DNA from: Octopus bimaculoides | Lineage: Eukaryota | Length of the DNA: 64,000 bases | Direction of reading: 5' to 3' | NCBI RefSeq assembly: GCF_001194135.2 | Contig: NC_068989.1 | Location: 35,620,708 to 35,684,707 of the forward strand | Notes under the pieces: model-generated | The model's database searches: none | What the model saw: only the letters and a program-made list of their open reading frames with translations | Told to the model about the DNA's origin: nothing | Part shown: positions 11,674-25,400 of the stretch, piece after piece | Position numbering within the stretch: the stretch's first letter is position 1 | Layout of the letters: every line of letters starts with the position of its first letter | Made by a program: the position numbers and the translations under genes

Positions 11674-14600
11674 CTGAAAAAAGATGGACATTTCAGTTAT
11701 AACACTTTTGATAACCTGCCTGAAACCACTCCTAATTCTATGATTTTCTGTTTTAGAAGTGATCTAAATTAAAATCTGTCATCAAAAATTCCATGTTAAT
11801 TTATGTTCCAAACATCAGCTTAATGGTGACAAAGTTATTTTACTAAATTCTTCATTATTTTAAAATTAATTGAAATAAAGGCAGTGTATTTTAGAAATAT
11901 GTTAATAAAAGTGTTAAAGTGATCATGCCAACATGGAAAAAGACATTAAATGATAATGATGATCATGGCGTGTGTGTGTGTGTGTATCATCATTCAGTAT
12001 GTATGTATGTATGTATGTATGTATGTANNNNNNNNNNNNNNNNNNNNNNNNNNNNNNNNNNNNNNNNNNNNNNNNNNNNNNNNNNNNNNNNNNNNNNNNN
12101 NNNNNNNNNNNNNNNNNNNNNNNNNNNNNNNNNNNNNNNNNNNNNNNNNNNNNNNNNNNNNNNNNNNNNNNNNNNNNNNNNNNNNNNNNNNNNNNNNNNN
12201 NNNNNNNNNNNNNNNNNNNNNNNNNNNNNNNNNNNNNNNNNNNNNNNNNNNNNNNNNNNNNNNNNNNNNNNNNNNNNNNNNNNNNNNNNNNNNNNNNNNN
12301 NNNNNNNNNNNNNNNNNNNNNNNNNNNNNNNNNNNNNNNNNNNNNNNNNNNNNNNNNNNNNNNNNNNNNNNNNNNNNNNNNNNNNNNNNNNNNNNNNNNN
12401 NNNNNNNNNNNNNNNNNNNNNNNNNNNTATATATATATATATGCATATATATAACATCATCATCGTTTAACGTCCGCTTTCCATGCTAGCATGGGTTGGA
12501 TGATTTGACTGAGGACTGGTGAACCGGATGGCTACACCAGGCTCCAATCTGATTTGGCAGAGTTTCTACAGCTGGATGCCCTTTCTAACACCAACCACTC
12601 TGAGAGTGTAGTGGGTGCTTTTACGTGCCACCGGCACGAGGGCCAGTCAGGTGGTACTGACAACGGCCACGTTCAAAATAGTGTATTTTACGTGCCACCT
12701 GCACAAGAGCCAGTCCAGTGGCACTGGCACAATTTCGCTAGAATGTCTTTACACATGCCACTGGCACAAGTGCCAAGAAGGCAATGCTGGGCACAGGTGC
12801 CATCATGATTTCGCTTGCCCCAACAGGTCTTCACACGACGTTGGCATGGGTGCCAGTCGTTGAATTTAGTTCGATTTTAATTCCGATTTCACTTGCCTCA
12901 ACAGGTCTTCGCAAGTGGAGTTTTGTGTCCAATGAAGGAAGGGACGCATAAGTGGGCTGGCTACACCCCTGGCGGAGGCCTTGGATTTAGGTCTCACTTG
13001 GCTTACCGGGTCTTCTCATGCACAGCGCATTTTCAAAGGTCTCGGTCAGAAGTCATCGCCTCAGTGAGGCCCAATGTACGAAGGTCGTGCCTCACCACCT
13101 CATCCCAGGTCTTCCTGGGCCTACCTCTTCCACAGGTTCCCTCAACTGCTACGGAGTAGTACTTTTTCACACAGTTATCATCATCCATTCTCGCCACATG
13201 ACCATACCAGCGCAATCGTCTCTCTTGCACACCATANNNNNNNNNNNNNNNNNNNNNNNNNNNNNNNNNNNNNNNNNNNNNNNNNNNNNNNNNNNNNNNN
13301 NNNNNNNNNNNNNNNNNNNNNNNNNNNNNNNNNNNNNNNNNNNNNNNNNNNNNNNNNNNNNNNNNNNNNNNNNNNNNNNNNNNNNNNNNNNNNNNNNNNN
13401 NNNNNNNNNNNNNNNNNNNNNNNNNNNNNNNNNNNNNNNNNNNNNNNNNNNNNNNNNNNNNNNNNNNNNNNNNNNNNNNNNNNNNNNNNNNNNNNNNNNN
13501 NNNNNNNNNNNNNNNNNNNNNNNNNNNNNNNNNNNNNNNNNNNNNNNNNNNNNNNNNNNNNNNNNNNNNNNNNNNNNNNNNNNNNNNNNNNNNNNNNNNN
13601 NNNNNNNNNNNNNNNNNNNNNNNNNNNNNNNNNNNNNNNNNNNNNNNNNNNNNNNNNNNNNNNNNNNNNNNNNNNNNNNNNNNNNNNNNNNNNNNNNNNN
13701 NNNNNNNNNNNNNNNNNNNNNNNNNNNNNNNNNNNNNNNNNNNNNNNNNNNNNNNNNNNNNNNNNNNNNNNNNNNNNNNNNNNNNNNNNNNNNNNNNNNN
13801 NNNNNNNNNNNNNNNNNNNNNNNNNNNNNNNNNNNNNNNNNNNNNNNNNNNNNNNNNNNNNNNNNNNNNNNNNNNNNNNNNNNNNNNNNNNNNNNNNNNN
13901 NNNNNNNNNNNNNNNNNNNNNNNNNNNNNNNNNNNNNNNNNNNNNNNNNNNNNNNNNNNNNNNNNNNNNNNNNNNNNNNNNNNNNNNNNNNNNNNNNNNN
14001 NNNNNNNNNNNNNNNNNNNNNNNNNNNNNNNNNNNNNNNNNNNNNNNNNNNNNNNNNNNNNNNNNNNNNNNNNNNNNNNNNNNNNNNNNNNNNNNNNNNN
14101 NNNNNNNNNNNNNNNNNNNNNNNNNNNCCTGTCAAAGGCTTTCTCCATGTCGACGAAAGCAAGGTACAGAGGTTTATCCTTGGTTAGGTATTTCTCCTGA
14201 AGCTGTCTTACCAGAAATATAGCATCAGTGGTGCTTTTCCCAGGCACGAACCCAAACTGCATCTCATCTAAACTGACTCTCTCCCTAATTAGTTGGGTTA
14301 TGACCCTCTCTGTGACTTTCATTACCTGATCTAACAACTTGATACCTCTGTAATTATTTGTATCTAAAGCGTCACCTTTACTTTTGTAGCAGTTGACAAT
14401 GGTGTTGCTACACCAGTCATTGGGTATGACTCCTTCGTGTATCATTTGGTTAACAATACGGGTGACTAGGCTATAGCCGACACTGCCAGATATTTTGAGC
14501 ATCTCTGCAGTGATTCCTGATGGGCCGGGGGCTTCCCCTGTCTTCATACTCTTAATTGCTTCATCTACCATAGTACTGTCAACTTGGATAGCTGATCCCT

Positions 14601-14781
14601 CTGTGGGGTTGACATTCAGCAGACTCTCTTTCTCCCATTCATTCTCTTTATTGAGCAATCTTTCGTAGTGACGTCTCCAAACCTCTTTCTTTGCAGCCTC
14701 GTTTAGTGCAAGTGAACCATCATCCAGGCGAACACATTTCTCTCCCACGACATCACGATTCTCTCTCACACACTGTCTTGC

Positions 14782-14825
<44 letters not shown>

Positions 14826-16267
14826 AAGATACTATTGACAATCCAATAATTTATTTATATTATATTATAATATTACAATATTACATAATATAACATAATA
14901 TTATATAACAAACAATTATTAAAATACGAAGAACGTCAACAAATTGTTTTGATTTATATACACAATAACAGTTCCCTGTGTCCACTTACTAATTCTTTTC
15001 TTCCTTGGCTATCGCCGAGCAAATACGCGAACTTACTTCCTCCCGCTTCCAGTTTGTTGCTTCACAGCGTTCCATGTACACATAATTTTTCATGTCTGGC
15101 CGTATAGCCTTTTCCGTTTGTTTTCCTGTCTTGTTTTCTGTCTGCCACTACATTCTTCCATGGTACAAGTTTAATTTGTGTATACAAATTTAATTTGTGG
15201 TCCGTGGGAAGAGCCATTTTAACGATGCGTCCTGCCCTACTCTTCGAAACGCCTGTGTTAGAATGGGGGTAACTGATGAAGGAAAATGTTCTCTATGTGG
15301 CCTGTGTGTGTTCTGTACTCTGGTTATTATTATTTTTTTGTCTACGTTTTGTTTGCAATGTCCTGTACCCAGATATGCACNNNNNNNNNNNNNNNNNNNN
15401 NNNNNNNNNNNNNNNNNNNNNNNNNNNNNNNNNNNNNNNNNNNNNNNNNNNNNNNNNNNNNNNNNNNNNNNNNNNNNNNNNNNNNNNNNNNNNNNNNNNN
15501 NNNNNNNNNNNNNNNNNNNNNNNNNNNNNNNNNNNNNNNNNNNNNNNNNNNNNNNNNNNNNNNNNNNNNNNNNNNNNNNNNNNNNNNNNNNNNNNNNNNN
15601 NNNNNNNNNNNNNNNNNNNNNNNNNNNNNNNNNNNNNNNNNNNNNNNNNNNNNNNNNNNNNNNNNNNNNNNNNNNNNNNNNNNNNNNNNNNNNNNNNNNN
15701 NNNNNNNNNNNNNNNNNNNNNNNATATATACACACACACACTTACATATATGATGATGGGAATGCATATTTGTTATGCCTGACTGTGAATCTTTTATGTC
15801 TTACTCTCATTATTTCAATTGTGCTTCATTATAGTAAAGTGGATTCGTGGTTTCTGAAGATTACTTACATTGATATTGGTTGTTTTCCTTCATAGATGAT
15901 CTTATTAAATTTCGATAACACTTAGATATTGTTGTCTAATTTTGGGAGGTTTTGTAACATATATATATATATATATCTTCATCAGTAGTTCATATATCCG
16001 AAAAAGAAGCACACTCTAAAACATTATGGCTGGTCATAAAATGACCATTGGTTTTGCATCTAAAAAGTGCATGGTCTAGTGGTTAGGGTGTTGCTCTTGC
16101 AATCATGAGATTGTGGTTTCAATTCCTAGACTGGGTGGTGTGTTGTGTTCTTGAGCTAATGTGCAGCATAAATATTTGGTCACAATAGACAATCATCTGT
16201 ATAGCTTGATCAACAAAAAATTGCAGAACCCTCATCCATTATCTTAAGACAGGAGAGTTCACAACAA

Positions 16268-16304
<37 letters not shown>

Positions 16305-19300
16305 TAATCCCTTGACCATCGCAGGTGCTATGTTCCAAAACCCCCGTGATAGGTGAAAAAAAATCAGTGATGTAGAAACAGTACTGTATATTTTTTTTTT
16401 ATTTTGATAATTTGTATATATTTATTTTATTATAAATGCAAAACCACACCGTGGTGGAATCAACATAAGCTTGAATAATAAACCGTGATAGGTGAACCAC
16501 GATATGGTGAGAGATTACTGTATACACACACACACACAAATTACAAATACTCTGACTCTCAGAAATGCAATTAACTAGTTCTTGATTCATGGGAGTCTTG
16601 TAACCAATAATCTGATTCTTCATCAATCGTAATATAAAATAAGCAGACTGTAACCCTTTCAAATTCAAATTACTTTGTCAAAATTAATATTAATTTATTT
16701 ATTTGCATTGCTTTAAATGATCATGCACTGTCTCAGCTTTGAGTTTTCAATGAGGCAATTGTGTATTTTTAAAATGACATTATAGGGTAGGTGTAAAAGG
16801 CAAAATCTAGCTGATATGAAGATAAAACAGCCTGATATGGCAAGTTTAAATGCTAAAATGATTTTTAATAAATATCTCTGATCTTACCTAGGCTAAAAGT
16901 TGAAATTCATAGAAAGAAAGAAAGGTGGATGGATGGAGAGAAAGAGACAAAGAGAGAGAAAGCATTTATACTTACGCACTGAATCACAATCCATCAAACC
17001 ATCACGTTTTTTTCTGTTGACCTTTACACTGTGCCAGTTTCCATCATTAAAAGTGTTGCTAGTTCTGAGAACAAGACGTCCACCACCTAATTCATACTGG
17101 TAGACCAGATGACCATCTTCAAGGTGAAGTGAAGCAAAATCAGTTGCACTGTTATGATACATCAACATCAACAAGCCATTTGGTTTAGAGGTTTTAAATT
17201 CCATTGATATTACATATTTAGAAGCAAAATTTGGCTGAACTTTCAGTTTGGCATAACTTCTCCCATCAAAGCGATAACCATCGTTTACAGTAGTTGCAGA
17301 TACTTTTCTGCAGGAATACAAAGTAGAAAAGAATGTAAATAGATTAATGACAAAAATGTGAGGTTTTCAGTTGAACTGAGTTTAAGTCTCAGTTTAAGGT
17401 CATAACACAATTTTTTCAGCACATTAAATCCACCTCCTCATTATCATTTAACAGCCACTTTTTCATGCTTGTATGGATCAGACAGAATTTGTTAAAACAA
17501 ATTTTCTATAGCCACCAACTCTCACTTGATTCCAAGCAAGACAATATTTTCCCATGGCCAAATATGTTTTCCTTGGAAGACTGGAAATGAACAATAATGC
17601 ATGTATGATAGTGTTGCTCACTTACAAGAAAATGTATGGAGTTCCTGGAAGTGGATACCAAATGAAAAAATATTAAATTTGTAACTGTATGAAAAAAAAA
17701 CTCAAAAAAGGAGGTGGGATGATGTAAAAATTATTGCTAAGACAATTATACTCCCTAAGAAAAAAAGGGGAGATGTTATGGGGATAAGAATAATATTGAA
17801 ACACTCCTCCCACGTGAGGAGTGGTGTATGGTAGTCATTACAAATACTGTGATGTAGGTAGTCGAGTGGTCGAGAGTTGGTGACATTGGTCATAGATAGT
17901 CGTGTCTTGTCTAACTAACTATACTGCTATATCAGAGTGGACATTATAACAGTCTGATGTTGGATTACAAGAATTATTATTATTATTATTAAGGTGGTGA
18001 GCTGGCATAACCATTTGCATGCCAGGCAAAATGCTTAGCAGGATTTCGTCTGTCTGTATGTTCTGGGTTCAAATTCTGCTGAGGTTGACTTTACCCTTTA
18101 TCCTTTTGGGGTCAATAAATTAAGTACCAGTCAAGCACTGGGATTGATGTAATTGACTAGTCCACTTCTCCAAAATTTTAGGCCTTGTGCCTATAGTAGA
18201 AAGGATTGTAACCTCTGCCTTAAGGAAGGCAGAGATATTGTTTTCAGTTGTGTTTGTTTGTCTGTGGACAAGATGTCTCAAGAACTGCTGGATGGATTTG
18301 GATGAAACTTTCAGGGATGTTTGGCCTTGAGACTGGCATGAACTGATTAGATTTTGGGATTGATCTGGTACCGGACAAGAATTCTGGATTATTTTTCCAC
18401 TTTTGTTAACTTAATTTTTGAGAGTGGTCAGGTTCATTTTTAGTGTGGTCGTTTGTGAGAGAAGTTGAGTTTATTTCAGATATTCTTATTTTAAAAATCA
18501 TCTCTGGCTAATTGTTGAGGAGGATGTTGGTGTTGCCTTGGTGGAGGTTTGCACTCTTCGAGTGCTCTTGTTGTTGTTGTTATTATTATTATTATTATTG
18601 TTATTATTATTATCATTAATGTTAAGGCATCTGGCTGACATTAGCAAGCCAGGCAAAATGCTTAGCAACATTTCATCCTTTTTCACATTCTGAGTTCAAA
18701 TTCTGCTTTTTATCCTTTCAAGGTCAATAAAATAAGTACCAGATTATCACTGGGGATGATGTAATCGACTTACACCCACTCCAAATTTGCTGGCCTTGTG
18801 CCAACATTTGAAATCATTGCTGTTGTTAGTATTATTATTATTATCATTGAGGCAGTGAGCATGCTGCCTCACCAATGGAAACATGGGTATTTCGTTCATC
18901 ATCCATAATCAACCCTTATTCAGGGACCTTTTGAGCAGGATGAGCTACAAAATTTTAACTGCTCATGCCACTGCAAGGTCATGCGCTGTTTATCTTGATA
19001 TGATATCACCACATCACACATATATGGTGCGATGCATGTGCCTGGTGTACTCTAATCAGATGCTTAGTTAGATGGGTATATTGGGCTTTGTATATTTGTA
19101 CCCATGTCACTTTGATGGCATGCACTCAATAATAATAATAATAATAATTTCTACTGAAGGCACAAGGCCTGAAATTTGCAGGGAAGGGACTGGTCAATTA
19201 CATCAGCCCCAGTGTTTCACTGCTACTTAATTTATCAACCCCAAAAGGATGAAAGGCAAAGTCAACCTTTGAGGAATTTGAACTCAGAACATAACGACAG

Positions 19301-19354
19301 GCAAAATACTAAGCATTTCATCCAGCGTGCTAACAATTCTGCCAGCTCACAGCC

Positions 19355-19404
<50 letters not shown>

Positions 19405-19420
19405 TATAATGATAATAATG

Positions 19421-19455
<35 letters not shown>

Positions 19456-22400
19456 CCTTTCTATTAGAGGCACAAAACCCGAAATTTTGTTGGGAAGGGG
19501 GATAGTTATTTACATCAACCGCAGGCTCAACTGGTACTTATTTCATGGATCCTAAAAGGATGAAAGGCAAAACTAACCTTGGTGTAATTTGAACTCAGAA
19601 AGTAATTCCAGAAGAAATTCCACTAAGCATTTGGTAGTGTGCTAACGAATCTACCAGCTCACTGACTCAACAACAACAACAGCATGGTAGCAGCGGCAAT
19701 GATGATGACAGTGACAATAATAGTAACAATAATACAGAGCTAATTATTGAAGGAAATGTAGCAAACAGTTAATTCATAGAAAGATTCAAATACCTATTGC
19801 GGAATCCTGCAAAATTATTTTCTCCAGAAGCAAAGTTCCAAAGCCCTAAGATGTAATCATTGAACATGAAACCTTCTATTGCTCCATGGTATCTATTTCG
19901 GGTAACACTGGAGGGAATCTGTAACAAAAAAAGAAAAAAGTGATAATAGCAATTTCTAATTAGGTTTTGTCTTTGTGTTTATCCACCACCACGGATTGTC
20001 AAGCCAGTGTTAGTTTCATTCAGTACTATATTTAAGAGATGAGGAATTATGTACGTTATTTACATTTGACGAATATTTGTCCTCATCTTGTTTGTTGTTA
20101 ACACATTTTGGTGATATACCCTCCAGCCTTCATCAGGTATCTTGGGGAAATTTTGAACCTGGGTTCCTAAGGTTTTTTTTGATGTTGTTATTATTATTAT
20201 TCTTCTTCTTATTATTATTCAGGTCACTACCTGGAATTGAACTCAGGATCTTAGGGCTTATAAATCTAATATTTTCCTATCCTTCCTTAATACCGGTTCC
20301 CATATGCTACTAATATCTGCACTCGGTCTGCTTAGGAGGTTGTTGTGTCTTAGCATATGTGCTGCTTCTTTTAGTTTTCATATTTTCCAGTGGTCTTCTC
20401 TGTCTATTATTTTAACTTCATCCCACAGGGGGAGGTGGTCTCCATTTTTCCATACATGATCAGCTATACCTGATTTATCAATATCTCCTCATGTCACAGC
20501 TTTGCAATGTTCCTCTACCCTTATTTTGAGGGGACAGCATGTTTTGCCTTTGTATAATCTACCACAGCTGCATGGGATGGAGTACACGCAGTCTTTGGTC
20601 ATATTCTCTTCTATTGGTACTTTTACTCAAAGGATATATTTGCGAAATGTTGTATTACTCTTGAATACTCTCCTGATGTCATATGAGCCACATATCTTTT
20701 GTATCTTTTCGGAGAGGCCTTTCACATAAGGTAGACAGACTGTAGACAGTTTATTGGTTTCGTCCTCTCTTTTCTTCCTAATTGGAGTGGAGAGTATGCT
20801 TTTGGGGTAGTTGTTTTTTAACAGATCGTTATTGAGCTTGATCATTTCTTTGTGGTGTGTATCACAATTGCTACTTATATTCTTTGCTTGATGTTTTAGG
20901 CACTGAGCAACCCCTCTCTTTACACTGTATAGATAGTGAGAATTGAAGTTGAGGTATCATTCAGTAAAGGTCGGCTTGCGGTATACGGATGTCCTGAATC
21001 CATATTTTCTGTGTGTTATTAATATGTCCAGGAATGCTAGTTGATTGTCTTTCTCCTTTTCCATTGTTAACTGTATGGATGGCTTTATTGAGTTCACATA
21101 ATCTAACAGCACTTGGACATCTTCTTGGTGGGGCCAGAGTATAAAGGTTTCATCAACATATCACAGCCATAGGGTTGGTTTTAGTGGCGTTGATCCTAAA
21201 GTCAAATTCTCAAAGCCAATATATACATGGAATACTTTGAGAATTTGGCATTAGGATCAACGCCACTAAAACCAACCCCATGGCTGCAATATGTTGATAA
21301 CACCTTTATCCTCTGGCCCCACCAGGAAGATGTCCAAGTGCTGTTAGATTATGTGAACTCAATAAAGCCATCCATACAGTTCACAATGGAAAAGGAAAAA
21401 GACAATCAGCTAGCATTCCTGGACGTATTCATAACATGCACAAAATATGGATTCAGGACATCCGTATACCGCAAGCCAACCTTCACTGGATGATACCTCA
21501 ACTTCAATTCCCACCATCCATTCAGTGTACAGAGAGGGATTACTCAGCACCTAAAACATCAAGCAAAGAATACACCACTGGAAAGTATTGAGGTTCACAC
21601 TCCACTTCTCCCTAAGCATAAAAACTTGTGTAGATAAGATCTTCTTCAGTTTAGTGGATAAACACTTTCCCCATATGAAAAGTTCTGTAAAATATTTAAT
21701 AGACACACTTTAAGAGATTCTTTAACTGTGCATCTAGTATAAAGAAAATATTAGAAGGTAGGCCCACACCTGAGACGGAGGCAGGGTGCTTATGCAGAAG
21801 CAACATGGCATGCTCCCTTAACAACCACTACAACACAGAGACAATCATCAAAGGACTCAAGTGGCAGTCAAACAAGGAGTAGTATGTGGGTGTAACAGAA
21901 GATCCTTTCAGGATCAGACTGTACATCTATTAGTCCTCCTTTAATATCCAGGAGAGATACAATGTCACAGCCCTGGCTAGGCATATACAGCCATTGAAGG
22001 AAAGTGCCATGGTTTTTCAACATCAAGTGGAAAATCATGGAAAATCTCAAGCCTTATTTTAACAATAGTTGGAAGTGCAAGCTATGCTAGCTGAGAAAAA
22101 GAATCTTAAAAAATTTTTTTTCACCCAGACATCTACCTATAAAGCAGGAGAGAAATATTTAGCTCACGCCCACATGACGGAAGATACATGATGGCTTACC
22201 TACAGGCCCCATCATAATTATAAACATTAGGTCTTTCACCACATATTCTGAGAACCCAGGAAAGTTTTGGCCAAACCATACACACAGATACATACACATA
22301 ATGCACCCACACATGGGAGTTAAAGGTCTCTAATAAAAATCCACTATACAAATATTAACCCTGCAAACATATCGATCCCTTCAATTCTCTCTACACACAT

Positions 22401-25400
22401 ATTAACTCACCACACCTTTGCTGCCTCACAATTAACTCACCACACCTTTACTGCATCACAAATTCACTAACGGGGCAAGGACATAATTCTTCATAATTCC
22501 CTTGCTAAATTGCCTCCTGTGGCATCATTTCAATGTTTTCACAGCACCCACAAAGCAGATGAGACACCACTTCACCTCTGATAATAGAAAGTGGCAAGCT
22601 GGTACAATCATTAGCATGCCAGGCAAAATGTTTAGCAACATTTTGTTTTTCTTTGTTTCGAGTTCAAACTCCACCAAAGCCGACTTTGCCTTTTATCCTT
22701 TCAGGGTCGATAAAATAAGTACCAGTTAAATACTGGAGTCAATGTAATTGACTAGCGTCTTCCCCTGAAATTGCTGGCCTTGTGCCAAAATTTGAAACCA
22801 TTTTTATTTACCTTATTATTCATGTTGAATGGGTAACCTCCAATATAAAAGTGGGTTGTTTCAGGATTGAGTTCCAACAAAGAAAAGGCACTATTAGACT
22901 TGTTTGTTGCAACTTCTGATTTGTTTCCTTGTGATACAAGAAGTTCAACCAATGAACCAGTTCTGCAAAGTGAAAAACAGGAAAAGAGAAACAAAATGAC
23001 ATTACTGCAACATTTTAGAAAAGAATATTAAGACAGAAAAGTTCAAAAGGAAAATGTAATAAAAACAAATAAAATGAATTTTAATTATATAAAATTTGAC
23101 AGACACAGCATGGTGATTCTGAATTAGATTTCAAGGCAACTTGAACAAAAAAAGAAAAAAAGAAAGAAAAGAAAATGCTTTCTACCATAGTCTCATGTTG
23201 ACTGAGTAATGTAAGTGGAATTTGGTGGTTAAGAAATGTAAAACTTTCCATACACTTACAAGAAGGTGCTGAAAAGTTCCTAGCTTTAAGGATATTGCAA
23301 AAGGCCTGGTTGGAGGTCCAACCTTTTGACTTCTTTCACAGAGCTTAGAAAAACTGAAGAACTGCTGCAATAAGTGAGTGAATCTGAGAGGAAAATATGT
23401 TGAATTACATGGAAAAATGCGAGCAAGAGAAATAATATTCTTAAGATTATAAACCTGGAAAAGTTCAAGACAAGTTATTAAACTCGGAAAAGTAAAGGAG
23501 AAATTATTACATGTAGTAAAATACAGAACAAGAAAATTTTTACTTAAAATATTGCAGTTAAGGATAAAATTTCAAATAAAATATTTAGATTTAAAAAATA
23601 TTAGCTTTTATTAAAATTAAAAATTTTATTACAAGTTATTACTTTTATTTGTTATTACTTGTTACTTATATTAAAAATTTAAAAATAACTCCAAAATACT
23701 TTTTTGCACTTTAAAAACATTCATTTTTTAAATTATCAATTAATAATTAGAAATTTTAAAATAGGTTATAAAAAATAATAGTAGTACATAATTAGTTAGT
23801 GCAACAGATAGAATAATACAAAAATTAGTTATATATATTACAGTAAAATCTACCTATAACAACAAATTCACAGTAAAATTTGCTTGAGTTATTGCCTAAG
23901 TTATTGCCAAGTCTTCACATTTTGAGTCTTGACCCAATGTCTATTTTTTACATAATGAATTTGCCTGCCATATATACTGTTCTACTTTGCATAAAACTTT
24001 AGCTATATTGGTACTTCTGGCTCTCATTTTCTAAGTATTTTAGTGTGTCTATATTTTAACAAAATGATGGTACCTTTTCTTAACTATAATGTTACTTCGT
24101 AAATTAAAATCAAATAAATTTTTAATATTCAAATTTTATCCTAAGGTGCAATATTTTAAGTAAAAATTTTCTTTGTTCTGTACTTTACCAGATGTAATAA
24201 AGTTGTTCTGAACTTTTCCAAGTGTAATAACTAGTCCTGAACTTTTCCAGGTTTATAATCTTAAGAATATTATTTCTCTTGCTCACATTTTTCCATGTAA
24301 TCCATGTTTTTTCCAGGCTATGCTATTATGCTAATTAATAATGTGTCAATTAATAATTTAAGATTTTACCTTATTGAAAATTACCTCAATGATGTTGGTG
24401 ACATATATTAAAAGTCCCTATATTATCACCATTGAATTTGAGAAACAAACACTCATAACTTTTTTCTTTTAAAACTTCTTTCTCATCTCAGATATTACAG
24501 GACTGTGTTTACATGATATAATTGCATTAATTAATATAGATGATGTAATTAAATTAATTGCAAATTAGCGGTGTCATTGATAATTTTTTCCTTACTTCAA
24601 GGATGCCGGTGACATGTATTAAAAGTCCTCTTATAGAACTATATTATCACCCTCAAATTTGAGAAACAAACACACATATCTTTTTTTTTTAAACTTCATT
24701 GCTTGTTAAAATATAACTTGTTTTTAAAATAAAAAAGCTAATTATACTTGAATCTAATTTTTTGCCTTATATTTTTTTTCATATTTCATCTCACAACATT
24801 TTTTATACAAACTTTTGTTGCATGGGACCAAAACTATGAAATTCCTCATGCATTCTTCTTTCATTGAAGCTAAGATAAATATATTTTGTTTTTAAAATAA
24901 AAAATTTATTTAGAACTAAACTTGATTGGAGGTGTTACTTACTCTCCTACAATGTTGCTACAAATTTTGATATAAACTTTCTTCTACTGGACCAAATTGC
25001 AAATTTTTTATGCCAAAATGTAGCTTGGGACCAGTCCACTTCAAAAATATTAACAGTTTTCACTTTGGTTAAGAACTGAATTAACGACAAAGCTCTGAAA
25101 ATGCTGTGTATGAATAAATTGCAGTCTTAAGAATATTATTCAACTACTACCATAGTTGGTGGAAACGCAATGGCCCAGTGGTTAGGTCAGTCTCGTGGTT
25201 AGACTCGCGGCCGGAGGATCGCAGTTTCGATTCCCAGACCGGGCGTTGTGTGTGTTTATTGAGTGAAAACACCTAAAGCTCCACGAGGCTCCGGCAGGGG
25301 GTGGTGGGGACCCCTGTGTACTCTTTTGCCCCAACTTTCTCTCACTCTTTCTTCCTGTTTCTTGAGTAACACTGCGATGGACTGGCATCCTGTCCAGCTG

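Noticed and set aside
11919-12489. Long ORFs in the track that span N runs (also near 13018, 15190, 42922, 45225, 56194)
   Set aside because: They are artefacts of untranslatable gaps; only the flanking RTE-derived parts are meaningful.
15240-15285. GAAAC ... CTGATGA as a type II hammerhead
   Set aside because: Helices I and II cannot be formed beyond 2 bp and helix III is poor.
15915-15990. Minus-strand CTGATGA ... GAAA with a (TA)n-expanded loop as a hammerhead
   Set aside because: No helix I partner or valid cleavage triplet after GAAA; at best a dead remnant.
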